Source: Minisyncoccia bacterium (lineage in GTDB: Bacteria; Patescibacteriota; Minisyncoccia; Phycocordibacterales; CAJBRS01). From it: 54,683 nucleotides of DNA. Both the position numbers and the translations under genes were made by a program. The notes under the pieces were generated by a model, which was not told where the DNA came from, searched no databases, and was given only the letters and a program-made list of their open reading frames with translations. The DNA lies in NCBI GenBank assembly GCA_038215155.1, contig JBBQRF010000004.1, positions 1 to 54,683 of the forward strand, in the 5' to 3' direction. This document shows, in pieces, positions 27,373 to 36,558 of the stretch (its first letter is position 1; every line of letters starts with the position of its first letter).

Positions 27373-27734
27373 TACCGATATTGGGGTCGCAAATATATAT
27401 TTACTGAGGAAACAACAAGAGACAAAATAAATTCTAGAGCTTCCGAATCGGGAAGGCCGACATTCACGGATATCTTTTCGGCAATTTCCATTAGGTCTGG
27501 TCCAAGAACAATTTTCATTTCTGGAAGTAATTGGGCAAGTAACTCAAAAGCATAGGAACCCTCTGCTTGCCGATCTGGATCTTTTTCCATCAAACGATCG
27601 GAACGAGGAAAGTGTTTAAAACGGCTCTCGGTGATTTCGATTTGCTGAGGCCCTAAACTTTTTACCAGCTTTAGGGGAAAGATTTGTTCCCGAATGCACG
27701 ATCCCGCTACCCACATTTTACGAGGCTTTATCAT
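27372..27734 (-). CDS. Hypothetical protein (orphan)
   Basis: 120-aa ORF with its own terminator. No recognisable motif. Confidence 0.45.
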   Translation of the reverse strand: MIKPRKMWVAGSCIREQIFPLKLVKSLGPQQIEITESRFKHFPRSDRLMEKDPDRQAEGSYAFELLAQLLPEMKIVLGPDLMEIAEKISVNVGLPDSEALEFILSLVVSSVNIYLRPQYR

Positions 27735-27845
27735 TCTAAATTCAATTTACCCTGAAAGGCAAAAAAGTCAATGGATTTAAGCTCATAAATTTAGTATAAT
27801 ATTAGGAAATAAAGCCATATTTATGGGCTTTATTTCATTAAAACA

Positions 27846-29948
27846 ATGGCTAAAAAAGAAGAAAAAGAGACAAAAAAGGGTAGTTATGGAGCGGCGGACA
27901 TTACAGTTCTGGAAGGCTTAGAGCCAGTGCGAAAACGCCCTGGAATGTATATAGGTACCACAGGTCCCGATGGCCTCCATCACCTTATTACGGAAATTTT
28001 TGATAACGCTCGAGATGAAGCCATGGGCGGTTTTGCTAATGATATTGAAGTCACCCTGCTTCCAGGCAATCGGGTAAGAGTAGTAGATAACGGCCGAGGC
28101 ATTCCAGTAGATATTCATCGGCAGTCGAAAGTTTCCGCACTGGAAACTATTATGACCACTCTTCATGCCGGAGGAAAATTCGGCGGAGAAAATAGTGGGT
28201 ACAAAGTTTCGGGAGGCCTTCACGGAGTAGGAGCATCAGTCGTAAATGCTCTTTCTATTTACACTAAAGTAACTGTTTACAAGGATGGAGGGATTTACGT
28301 ACAGGAATATTCTCAGGGCAAGCGAAAGGCCGCGGTAAAGAAAATTGCTAGCACTAAGCTTTCCGGAACTATTGTAGTCTTTGAACCAGACATAGAGATC
28401 TTTAAGGAGATTAGTTTCGATTTTTCTAGAGTGGTCTCTCATATGCGTCAACAAGCTTATTTAGTAAAAGGTTTACGCATCTCCATGATCGATGCCCGGG
28501 CTGAGAGTGGTAAATTGAATATTGATGATATTTTTTATTTTCGCGAACTTGGTCTAGATTATCCTTCTCAAACTTTCTACTTTGAAGGAGGATTAGTTTC
28601 ACTAGTAAAGTTTTACAACCAACTACAAAAACCAGTTCACAAAAATATTTTTTATGTGGATAAAAAGTCAGAGGGAGTGGAATCGGTAGAAGTGGCACTT
28701 CAGTATGTGGACGACATCGCTTCACGAGTTACAGCTTTTGCTAACAATATTCACACTCCAGAAGGAGGTACTCATTTGACTGGTTTTAAAACAGCGCTTA
28801 CACGCACCATTAATTCTTATGGACGTAAGGCCAATATTATTAAAGAATCTGACGATAATTTCACCGGAGAGGATGTCTTGGAAGGATTAACTGCAGTTAT
28901 TTCCGTTAAGCTAAGAGAAATTCAATTTGAAGGCCAGACGAAGGCAAAACTCGGGAGCGTTGAGGCCCAGAGCGCCGTTAATAGTGTCTTTGGCGAAGCT
29001 TTTGCTGCCTTCCTTGAGGAAAACCCCGATGACGCTAGAGCCATCATTTACAAATCATTACTCGCCTTGAAAGCCCGAAAGGCGGCTAAAGCTGCTAAAG
29101 ACTCTATCCTACGTAAGGGGGCGCTTGAAGGTATGACCTTGCCGGGTAAATTAGCCGACTGCCAATCGAAGGAAGCTAGCGAATCCGAATTATTTATTGT
29201 AGAAGGAGATTCCGCCGGGGGTACTGCCAAAATGGGACGAGATCGCCGCACCCAAGCCATCTTGCCACTTCGAGGCAAGATCTTAAACATTGAGCGCGCT
29301 CGTCTAGATAAAATGCTGGCATCAGAGCAGATTAAAAATCTAGTTATTGCCATTGGCACGGCCATCGGCGATACCTTTGATATTTCTAAATTGCGATATC
29401 ATAAAATCATAATTGCTACCGACGCTGACGTCGACGGTGCTCATATTCGCACCCTCATTCTCACACTCTTCTATAGATATTTTCGACCGCTTCTTGATGG
29501 CGGCTTTATCTATATCGCTCAACCGCCGCTTTATAAAGTGAAATACGGCAAAGAAGTTTTGTATTTTTATACTGAAGAAGAGAAGAATAAATTTTTAGCT
29601 AAAGAAAAAGTAGAAATCGGTGAGACCATTGAAGAAGGAGGTGAGGGAGGAGAAGAAGAAAACCAAAGCGTGGAAGGGGAGCAAGAGAATACCGAGACAA
29701 ATGAAAAAACGGCCCCATCAAGGGGCGCAAAGAAGATCGCCATTCAGCGATACAAAGGTCTAGGAGAAATGAATGCAGAAGAACTTGGAGAAACGACGAT
29801 GGACCCTAATAATCGCGTCTTGAAACAAGTAAATATTGAAGATGGCGAAGCAGCGGATAAGGTAATTGAAATTTTAATGGGCACCGACGTGCCAAGCCGC
29901 AAGTCATTCATCCAATCTAATGCTAAGGCGGCTAACATCGATATTTAG
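27846..29948 (+). CDS. gyrB: DNA gyrase subunit B
   Basis: YGAADITVLEGLEPVRKRPGMYIG, EGDSAGG and YKGLGEM motifs. Confidence 0.95.
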   Translation: MAKKEEKETKKGSYGAADITVLEGLEPVRKRPGMYIGTTGPDGLHHLITEIFDNARDEAMGGFANDIEVTLLPGNRVRVVDNGRGIPVDIHRQSKVSALETIMTTLHAGGKFGGENSGYKVSGGLHGVGASVVNALSIYTKVTVYKDGGIYVQEYSQGKRKAAVKKIASTKLSGTIVVFEPDIEIFKEISFDFSRVVSHMRQQAYLVKGLRISMIDARAESGKLNIDDIFYFRELGLDYPSQTFYFEGGLVSLVKFYNQLQKPVHKNIFYVDKKSEGVESVEVALQYVDDIASRVTAFANNIHTPEGGTHLTGFKTALTRTINSYGRKANIIKESDDNFTGEDVLEGLTAVISVKLREIQFEGQTKAKLGSVEAQSAVNSVFGEAFAAFLEENPDDARAIIYKSLLALKARKAAKAAKDSILRKGALEGMTLPGKLADCQSKEASESELFIVEGDSAGGTAKMGRDRRTQAILPLRGKILNIERARLDKMLASEQIKNLVIAIGTAIGDTFDISKLRYHKIIIATDADVDGAHIRTLILTLFYRYFRPLLDGGFIYIAQPPLYKVKYGKEVLYFYTEEEKNKFLAKEKVEIGETIEEGGEGGEEENQSVEGEQENTETNEKTAPSRGAKKIAIQRYKGLGEMNAEELGETTMDPNNRVLKQVNIEDGEAADKVIEILMGTDVPSRKSFIQSNAKAANIDI

Positions 29949-29977
29949 CAGCCCTATAGTTATAAATTAGACAAATT

Positions 29978-30014
29978 AAAACAGCCGGCGCGAGAATCTC
30001 GCGCCGGCTGTTTT
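29978..30014. terminator. Bidirectional terminator (gyrB / CARDB gene)
   Basis: aaaacagccggcgcgag-aat-ctcgcgccggctgtttt. A/T runs lie on both sides. Confidence 0.85.
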
Positions 30015-30020
30015 AATTAA

Positions 30021-31253
30021 TTAGTAATTATTGACACTGATGTTCACAGAGGCATTGTTGTTTCCTCTATTAACATCATTAGTTTGATTATAAGGGTCGA
30101 GGTTGATGGTGACGCTATTGTTTGAACCATACTGCATTCCATCAAACCCAAGAATGTAGATTCGACTTTCACCGGGTGTTAGAGACGCTTGATTGCTTTG
30201 GGTCAAATTATTATTAGCATTATTACAGTTGTTTCCGTAATTATAAGAGCAGTTATTATTTGAATTCGGTAAAGTAGCACTAAAATTCCAAGAGCCGCTA
30301 GAAAGTGTTCCTTGATTAGTCACTCGGAAGCGCACCCCCGCACGGTTACCAGACGAAATATAATTAGTTTGGCTGTACTGCCCAGTGGATCGATCCACCG
30401 TACCCGTATCTATGATTTGAATTGCTAAGTCCACTCCGTTAGAAGTAATACCGCCATTATAATTTCCATAATTTCCGCCCGTGGCATTAATAGTCACTTG
30501 AGCACTATTATTTGCCGTCTGCAATTCTGGTTTATTATTACTGATGACGATTTTTACTAAACGACTTTGTCCAGTTTGAACGTAGTCAAAGTAAAGTTCA
30601 CCGCTGACGGCCATACCGGCCGGAATAGAAATTTGATTGTAAAGATTTTTGATTTGATCTGAAGGATTAACGGCGGGAAGGGCAGCAGAAAGATTCCAAG
30701 GACCCGAAGGACCGTTTCCAACATTTTCTACTTGGAATTTCACCGCTACTCGGTCATTAGTATTTACATTTGTGTTAGGAATGAAAGCGCCGGTATTACG
30801 CTCTAGGGTGCCGATGGAAGTAATAGTAACTTCTAAATCAGGGGCACCGTTATTAACAGTCCCAACGGAGTTATTAGAATTACCGGAGCTTGGGTAATTA
30901 TTTTGATTTTTGCGAGGATTGGTAGCATTGGAATTTCCGATCTGAGGATTTTCGATATGAAAGTAATTATTAGTTGTAGTTGCGCTCGGTGTAGAGACAG
31001 TAAGAGGAGTAGAGGTTGCCTTTGGTTTATTGGGCGTAAAAAGGGAAGAGATAGAAACGTTTACTGAGGCCAGAGAGGAAAGTGCCTTGGGCACTAATTT
31101 AATAATTCCAATACTTAAAACCACTAAAACCACTAAAACGGCACCTAAAATAAGAATACGCCAAACCACTCGAGAAGAAGACTTCTCCTCTTCAATAGGA
31201 AGGTTCGGAGGGATACTTTGAACTAGTAATTTTGGGTTTTTTTCTTTTTCCAT
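30021..31253 (-). CDS. N-terminally anchored surface protein with two CARDB-like domains
   Basis: TM helix, S/T/N-rich linker and two repeats: DLEVTITSIG...VENVGNGPSGPWNLSAALP and DLAIQIIDTG...VTNQGTLSSGSWNFSATLP. The ATG at 31253 is preferred because the tracker's GTG lies in the -10 box. Confidence 0.6.
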   Translation of the reverse strand: MEKEKNPKLLVQSIPPNLPIEEEKSSSRVVWRILILGAVLVVLVVLSIGIIKLVPKALSSLASVNVSISSLFTPNKPKATSTPLTVSTPSATTTNNYFHIENPQIGNSNATNPRKNQNNYPSSGNSNNSVGTVNNGAPDLEVTITSIGTLERNTGAFIPNTNVNTNDRVAVKFQVENVGNGPSGPWNLSAALPAVNPSDQIKNLYNQISIPAGMAVSGELYFDYVQTGQSRLVKIVISNNKPELQTANNSAQVTINATGGNYGNYNGGITSNGVDLAIQIIDTGTVDRSTGQYSQTNYISSGNRAGVRFRVTNQGTLSSGSWNFSATLPNSNNNCSYNYGNNCNNANNNLTQSNQASLTPGESRIYILGFDGMQYGSNNSVTINLDPYNQTNDVNRGNNNASVNISVNNY

Positions 31254-31310
31254 AGTGAGCGAATTATATACCACATTTGATTATTTGTCAAATAGACGTA
31301 TAATGCAGGG

Positions 31311-31970
31311 ATGAAATGGTATAAAGCGAAAGAAGCGCAGTTTTCAATATTCTTCCTACTCATTTTTCTAGTGACTTTTACTGGGCTTTATTTATTCGGC
31401 CTCATTCCTACTGAGCTAAAGGAAGAAGGCGGTACCAACATACTTAATCAACTTTCTCAAAACTCTATTGAAAATATTACTGGTAACAATTCCAATAACA
31501 TAGTCGCACCCACCCTGAAAGGAGAAGAGCCTCTGCGCATTCAATCAGAAAAAATTGGTCTGGATTTTAAAATCGTTAATCCAAACAGTACCAGCAATAC
31601 TATTTTAGACAGCGCCCTGACCGAAGGCGCTGTCCACTATCCCGGATCCGGTCTTCCTGGTATTGGCAACATGTTTATATTCGGCCATTCCACCGGACTT
31701 AAAGTAGTGAACAATAAGGCCTATGAAGTTTTTAATAATCTTCACAATTTAACCTCTGGCGATCAAATAAAAATTGTCACCAAGGATCATGTTTATTTTT
31801 ATACCGTCAACTCCGTTAAATTAGAGAAAGATACAAGTGCCTATGTCAGCTTCTCAACTAAAGAGAATATGCTCACTCTCTCAACTTGCAATAGCTTCGG
31901 CGCCAAGGAAGATAGGTACGTGGTGGTGGCTACTTACTCTGGAAATTCTTCTATAAAAGCATCCTCTTAA
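31311..31970 (+). CDS. Sortase-family transpeptidase
   Basis: N-terminal TM segment, IFGHS (catalytic His), LTLSTC (TLxTC Cys) and EDRYVV (Arg). Confidence 0.8.
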   Translation: MKWYKAKEAQFSIFFLLIFLVTFTGLYLFGLIPTELKEEGGTNILNQLSQNSIENITGNNSNNIVAPTLKGEEPLRIQSEKIGLDFKIVNPNSTSNTILDSALTEGAVHYPGSGLPGIGNMFIFGHSTGLKVVNNKAYEVFNNLHNLTSGDQIKIVTKDHVYFYTVNSVKLEKDTSAYVSFSTKENMLTLSTCNSFGAKEDRYVVVATYSGNSSIKASS

Positions 31971-31987
31971 GATTTCTCTCAAAAACT

Positions 31988-32016
31988 TTGACTTATCACA
32001 TTAAATGTGGTAATAC
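31988..32016 (+). promoter_or_regulatory. Sigma70-type promoter, cassette 1
   Basis: TTGACT-17 nt-TAATAC with TGg immediately upstream of the -10 box. Confidence 0.6.
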
Positions 32017-32061
32017 TCGGGTAGAAATAGATTTTCGACAACAAAAAACAAAGGAGAAAAA

Positions 32062-33774
32062 TTGAATCAAGTTACTCGATTTCCCGCACCCTTAACAGGG
32101 AAGGGAGCAGAAAAAGCAAAAGAATTGAACCAGAGGGTTCGCCCTCGGACAAATGACTGGGACGGTAAGCGGAATCCTCAAGACAACGGTCTCCTCTTCG
32201 GAGATTCTTTACGTGTTGTTGGACCACTCGATGGTTTTAAAGGGCGCGGTTTGGAGGGCAAATTTGAAGTCGGGTTTTTAATCTGGCTCGGCCAAGTTTT
32301 TGGTAATGTCTCTCGAAAAACAGGCATCGGTAATTTCTTAACCAAAGATATTACAAACATTCACGGTGAAGTAACTTCAGTGGAGGGTAGCGGAAACGGT
32401 TTCCTTACTCCTGTCGATGTCACTTATTGGGGCGATAAAGAACTAATCAACCTACTCCTTAATGGTTATTCGGCTGAAGACTTCCAAACTTTCGCCGAGA
32501 TTCCTGTAGAGGAGTGGAATAAATTCATCATCGCTAAAGCTGGTAGTTTTTGGAACCTATATCTTTTGGCTGAGAAAGCCTTCAAGGATCCTAAACGAGG
32601 CGGCTACAACGAAGATGTTAAAGCCTTATACGATACAGCAAAAAAAGAACTGGAGCGCACTTGGAAAATAGCCCGTCAACTGAAACTGGTTTCAAATCTG
32701 GATCAAGCGACGACAGCAAGTTTTGAATGCCCGCCGGAACTCGAGCATAATTTCTACGAGAAATCCAAGGAAATTGCCGAGGAATGGAAAAAAAATGGTC
32801 TTACAAACTTCATTTCTGGTCCGGTAGAGGTATTGAAATATCCGAATGGCAACGTTCGAAAAATTCAAGCCAAGTATGCTGATTTGGACTTTCGTTCGGA
32901 CGAGGAAAAGAATTTTGAGTTGCCACCCGAACCAATAATTCGGTTACGCACTCCGAAGGAATTCTGGGATGAACTCTGCCTGCCAATGAGTCAGAGTGAA
33001 CATCGCCGACGATTAGGTGAAAATCGGAAAATCGAGAGAAAAAATCTTCGCCTAGCAGCAGAAGGTAAGCCACTCCACCCACTTCTTCCGATTAAACGAT
33101 TTCGGCGCGTGCCGGAAAAGCCGATTTGGAGAGGGGAGGAACTGTGGATGGTGCCGATTGTTCCTATGGAGGGGCAGGAAGAAAGGCTACTCTCGATGCC
33201 TAAGGTAAAGCACGAGACTGATGAAGAATATGACAGCCGAATGTATCGACGCAAATGCATTGTTAAGCGTCGGTATCTTTGGAAAGAGGGCTTCTATCTA
33301 TCAGTTCCAATCTATGCCAAAACCGGGGAGATCATTCCTCTGGTAACGCCACCTCGTGAATCAACTCCAAAATTTACCCCGCAAGAGGTGATTGAGTTGA
33401 TATCGAAGAACGACTTGAAGAATCGAAAGGACATTGAAACGTTCTTCGAAAATCAAATCCCTCTTGAGCCAGTCCTCAGTGAGAAAGCTAAGAAAGAGCT
33501 CGAAGCAGAAATGAAACCTTTGGTTGAAAGACCGAACAAAATTTCTCCAGTTGTTTCGACTGTTTCGCCAAAAGTAGTTAAACCCTCGGCATTAAAAGCT
33601 TTGAAGCCGAAAGTGGTAAAACTCGAGACACACCAAGAAAAGTTCGAGTCGCCCCAACCAGATTCGCCCACAAGGATTACTCCTGAGGGAAATATGGCAG
33701 AGGATGAGACTCGGAGAAAATCGGGATGGTGGTCTAAATTTCAGGATATTTACGGCCCATCTGACCCTCGTTAG
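32062..33774 (+). CDS. Hypothetical 570-aa soluble protein with K/P/V-rich tail
   Basis: TTG start 7 nt after aaaggag. No TM segment, signal peptide or known motif recognised. Confidence 0.6.
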   Translation: MNQVTRFPAPLTGKGAEKAKELNQRVRPRTNDWDGKRNPQDNGLLFGDSLRVVGPLDGFKGRGLEGKFEVGFLIWLGQVFGNVSRKTGIGNFLTKDITNIHGEVTSVEGSGNGFLTPVDVTYWGDKELINLLLNGYSAEDFQTFAEIPVEEWNKFIIAKAGSFWNLYLLAEKAFKDPKRGGYNEDVKALYDTAKKELERTWKIARQLKLVSNLDQATTASFECPPELEHNFYEKSKEIAEEWKKNGLTNFISGPVEVLKYPNGNVRKIQAKYADLDFRSDEEKNFELPPEPIIRLRTPKEFWDELCLPMSQSEHRRRLGENRKIERKNLRLAAEGKPLHPLLPIKRFRRVPEKPIWRGEELWMVPIVPMEGQEERLLSMPKVKHETDEEYDSRMYRRKCIVKRRYLWKEGFYLSVPIYAKTGEIIPLVTPPRESTPKFTPQEVIELISKNDLKNRKDIETFFENQIPLEPVLSEKAKKELEAEMKPLVERPNKISPVVSTVSPKVVKPSALKALKPKVVKLETHQEKFESPQPDSPTRITPEGNMAEDETRRKSGWWSKFQDIYGPSDPR

Positions 33775-33783
33775 TAAATACTT

Positions 33784-33813
33784 AGCGTTGCGCCCCCGCG
33801 CAACGCTTTTTTA
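33784..33813 (+). terminator. Rho-independent terminator, cassette 1
   Basis: agcgttgcgc-cccc-gcgcaacgct followed by tttttt. Confidence 0.8.
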
Positions 33814-33819
33814 TTTATA

Positions 33820-33848
33820 TTGACACAGTTTTATATTTATGCTAAAAG
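33820..33848 (+). promoter_or_regulatory. Sigma70-type promoter, cassette 2
   Basis: TTGACA-17 nt-TAAAAG with TGc extended -10. Confidence 0.55.
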
Positions 33849-33870
33849 CAGGGGTAGAAGTAACTTAAAA

Positions 33871-35400
33871 ATGGAAACAATTACCGAAAAATCAGAAAGA
33901 TTCGATCAACTACTAAGCACTTCAACCACTTCCAACGGAACCAAAATTCCCAAAAAAGGTTGGTTGCAGAACCGCAAAGAAAGAAAGATGACCGCAGAAG
34001 AGAAACGTCTTCGCGAGGAGAGAATGATTGTGGATTTTGCGCTCGATCCGGGCACCGGAAACACTATCATAATTCCCTTAAATCACGACGGTTCACTCGA
34101 TCTGGGTAACATGTTCGATGAGCCCTCTGTGATTATTTTGAAATCTAATCGTCAGGGGGACGAGTCGCGCTACGAGCGTATCGCGGCGATTGGGAATATG
34201 GCTAAGCCACTCATCAACCAAATCTCCGATGATTCATGGACGAGCGGCTTCAGAACCCTTCAACCAATCGTCGACGGCTTGATCCAACATGACGTGGAGA
34301 CGGCTGCTATGTGGAAAATGTGTCTCGATAAGGTTTGTGAAAAGATGGGCCTTAATCCGAAAGCCAAGCGCAACCTAATCATTACAGTTCCTCTGGGGTT
34401 AACTCCTCTTCAGGAGAAGACAGTGTCTGATGTAGCCATGATGGCTGGAGCGAACGAGGTTGAAATCGTCAGCCAAGTTTTCTGCGCCGTCTTAGGAGGA
34501 GGATTGTATGATCCCAACACTATCGAACCGACCTTCGGTATCGATATCGGACACGGCACGTCGCAGCTTCTTTTGTTTACCGGATCCGGTACTCTTAAAG
34601 TTGAGGCGGTTCAAAATGCAGGGGGTGGTTATTACACCGAGGCTCTACAAACCTACCTGCTAAAGACATATGGGTTTCAACTTGATCCACTCCGGGCGGA
34701 AAAGGTAAAAATTCAAATCGGAGCCGCAATGTTAAAGGAAGGAGAGGAAGATATTGGAATGACGGTCCCGGCCATCGACAAAAAAACCGGAAAAGGTGGA
34801 AACATCTTCATACGTCGATCCGATACCGTCGAAGCCTTCCGCTTTCTGAATGAAGAATTGGTTCTGAACATTCGAGAAGTTTGCAATAAAGCCCCAAACG
34901 GCCTGGTTGCTGATTTTTCGGACGAGGAGAAACCCTGTTCATTCTTTTTGGGAGGAGGAGGCACCTTGCTCCATAATCTTGACGAGTATCTTCGTCTCGA
35001 GCTGAATTATCGGGTACTGCGAGTGCACGATCCACTTCACGCTATTGCAATCGGAGCGGCTAAGATAATGGCCAACTCTAACCTGCGACCCTTCCATGCT
35101 CGGAAGCCATTTGAATGGCCGACGGAAACGGACCCTTGCCCGTTTTACGTACTTCGGAAATCTGCTGGATTTAAGCGAGTGAAAACCCGCATGGAAAGAA
35201 GGGGGAGTCGCTGGGCTTTCTGGCGTCGAGATCCGATTCCAGTTCGAATTGCCACGAATCCGACCGACATAGCAAACGTTATCTCGAAACACGGGAAAGC
35301 CTATCTCGAAAGGATTGGAGAATATACCCGGGGTAATTTTTGGGAAATCGTTTTTCCCAAGCAAGAGGTAGCCGCGGGAATAGTACAAAACCGGACTTAG
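33871..35400 (+). CDS. Divergent MreB-like actin-fold ATPase with N- and C-terminal extensions
   Basis: Alignable by eye to MreB: LDPGTGNT (phosphate 1), PIVDGLI, ITVPLGLTPLQEKT, IDIGHGTSQ (phosphate 2), LGGGGTLLHNLDEYL (adenosine), VHDPLHAIAIGAAK. The tracker's TTG start is the -35 box, so the ATG at 33871 is used. Confidence 0.75.
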   Translation: METITEKSERFDQLLSTSTTSNGTKIPKKGWLQNRKERKMTAEEKRLREERMIVDFALDPGTGNTIIIPLNHDGSLDLGNMFDEPSVIILKSNRQGDESRYERIAAIGNMAKPLINQISDDSWTSGFRTLQPIVDGLIQHDVETAAMWKMCLDKVCEKMGLNPKAKRNLIITVPLGLTPLQEKTVSDVAMMAGANEVEIVSQVFCAVLGGGLYDPNTIEPTFGIDIGHGTSQLLLFTGSGTLKVEAVQNAGGGYYTEALQTYLLKTYGFQLDPLRAEKVKIQIGAAMLKEGEEDIGMTVPAIDKKTGKGGNIFIRRSDTVEAFRFLNEELVLNIREVCNKAPNGLVADFSDEEKPCSFFLGGGGTLLHNLDEYLRLELNYRVLRVHDPLHAIAIGAAKIMANSNLRPFHARKPFEWPTETDPCPFYVLRKSAGFKRVKTRMERRGSRWAFWRRDPIPVRIATNPTDIANVISKHGKAYLERIGEYTRGNFWEIVFPKQEVAAGIVQNRT

Positions 35401-35412
35401 CTCTTTCACACC

Positions 35413-35441
35413 CGCCGCAGATGCAAATCTGCGGCGTTTTT
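35413..35441 (+). terminator. Rho-independent terminator, cassette 2
   Basis: cgccgcagat-gcaa-atctgcggcg followed by ttttt. Confidence 0.85.
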
Positions 35442-35476
35442 ATTTGCCCGGCCTAAGCTGCTATGGAGGGACATCC

Positions 35477-35505
35477 TTGACTAAGACCAATAAATGTGAT
35501 AATGA
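35477..35505 (+). promoter_or_regulatory. Sigma70-type promoter, cassette 3
   Basis: TTGACT-17 nt-TAATGA with TGa extended -10. Confidence 0.55.
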
Positions 35506-35549
35506 GAAGGAAGATTTCAACCCAAAAACACACACAAAGTTCTTAAAAA

Positions 35550-36422
35550 ATGAAAATAATACTGACGATTCTTATTCTGTTTATCCTTGGAACAATCATT
35601 GGTCTCTCGGTGGCGATTTATCGTCTTGGCTGGCCAAAGTTTGTGGAAGAAGTGATTCACTTCGCAATCATCCTTCGTCGCTTAAAGTGGCGATTACTTC
35701 TTCGGCATCTCGGAATGGTTGCTCTTGTAATCTGCACCCTCGGATTTATTCTGAACTATCTTCCTAGCACTGTCTGCTTCGGCTGGCGCTGCTTGAAAGA
35801 AAATGCGGATTACTTTCTGGGCTACAATCATGTGGTCACCGAACTTCACAAGGAGCGCGATAATCATTACGCGCTCAGCAAGGAGCTGGATCGGAAAGAA
35901 AATGAGAAGCAAGCTTTGCTAAAACAAAGTGAAGAGTGGCAAAAAGCTTTTCAAACAGCTGAACTTTCGGCGGATAAATCAACGATTCGGCAAACCGAAC
36001 TGGAAGATAATCTTCGGAGCTCACAGCACGTTGCTGACAATCTGCGGGGGGAAAAGACCAAACTTCAGCAATCTCTCGTCCAAAAAGACAAAGACATTGC
36101 TGAGGTAAATCGAAAACTCGTGGAAAAGGAGGGAGAAATAGAAAGACTGGCCAAAAAAGACGCAGAAAAAAGGCAGTCTGAACTTGCTCAAAACGGCGAG
36201 AGTCATTGGTGGTCAGATTGGTTTAACAAAGAAACCAAAAATGAATCTGCAAAGGTTAGTCCTTCATCACCACCAACCGTGACGGCAATACCTCCAAGCC
36301 TTCCTTCGGATCCTGTCTCGAATATTGACGAAACAGAGTTAATTCAAGCCTCTGTGAAGAATGCCCGTTTGAAACTGGCCCTCATCGAGAAGACACTTAG
36401 GGAAAAAGGTTACAGCGATTGA
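35550..36422 (+). CDS. Membrane protein (2-3 TM) with a long coiled coil
   Basis: The hydrophobic N-terminal 90 aa are followed by about 130 aa of heptad-rich E/K/Q sequence and an S/P-rich segment. Confidence 0.6.
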   Translation: MKIILTILILFILGTIIGLSVAIYRLGWPKFVEEVIHFAIILRRLKWRLLLRHLGMVALVICTLGFILNYLPSTVCFGWRCLKENADYFLGYNHVVTELHKERDNHYALSKELDRKENEKQALLKQSEEWQKAFQTAELSADKSTIRQTELEDNLRSSQHVADNLRGEKTKLQQSLVQKDKDIAEVNRKLVEKEGEIERLAKKDAEKRQSELAQNGESHWWSDWFNKETKNESAKVSPSSPPTVTAIPPSLPSDPVSNIDETELIQASVKNARLKLALIEKTLREKGYSD

Positions 36423-36446
36423 GTGCCCTCGGCTCAATCGTTTTTT
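36416..36446 (+). terminator. Rho-independent terminator, cassette 3
   Basis: cgattgag...ctcaatcg followed by tttttt. The stop codon lies inside the stem. Confidence 0.75.
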
Positions 36447-36460
36447 ATTTTATCGTTACT

Positions 36461-36489
36461 TGACTTTTGAATAAAAGTATGCTAAATAT
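36461..36489 (+). promoter_or_regulatory. Sigma70-type promoter, cassette 4
   Basis: TTGACT-17 nt-TAAATA with TGc extended -10. Confidence 0.6.
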
Positions 36490-36558
36490 TGAATAGGTTA
36501 GATAGTTCTGGGCATAATGTCTGGAGCGCCTAAAAACAAATTCCTCAGAAAGGGGATC

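Noticed and set aside
35444-35767. 107-aa ORF upstream of and overlapping the TM coiled-coil gene. Also the tracker's extended starts at 33820, 36517, 37207 and 38139.
   Set aside because: These starts fall on or upstream of the -35/-10 boxes of the cassette promoters. Downstream ATG/GTG codons give proper signal peptides or family-consistent N-termini.
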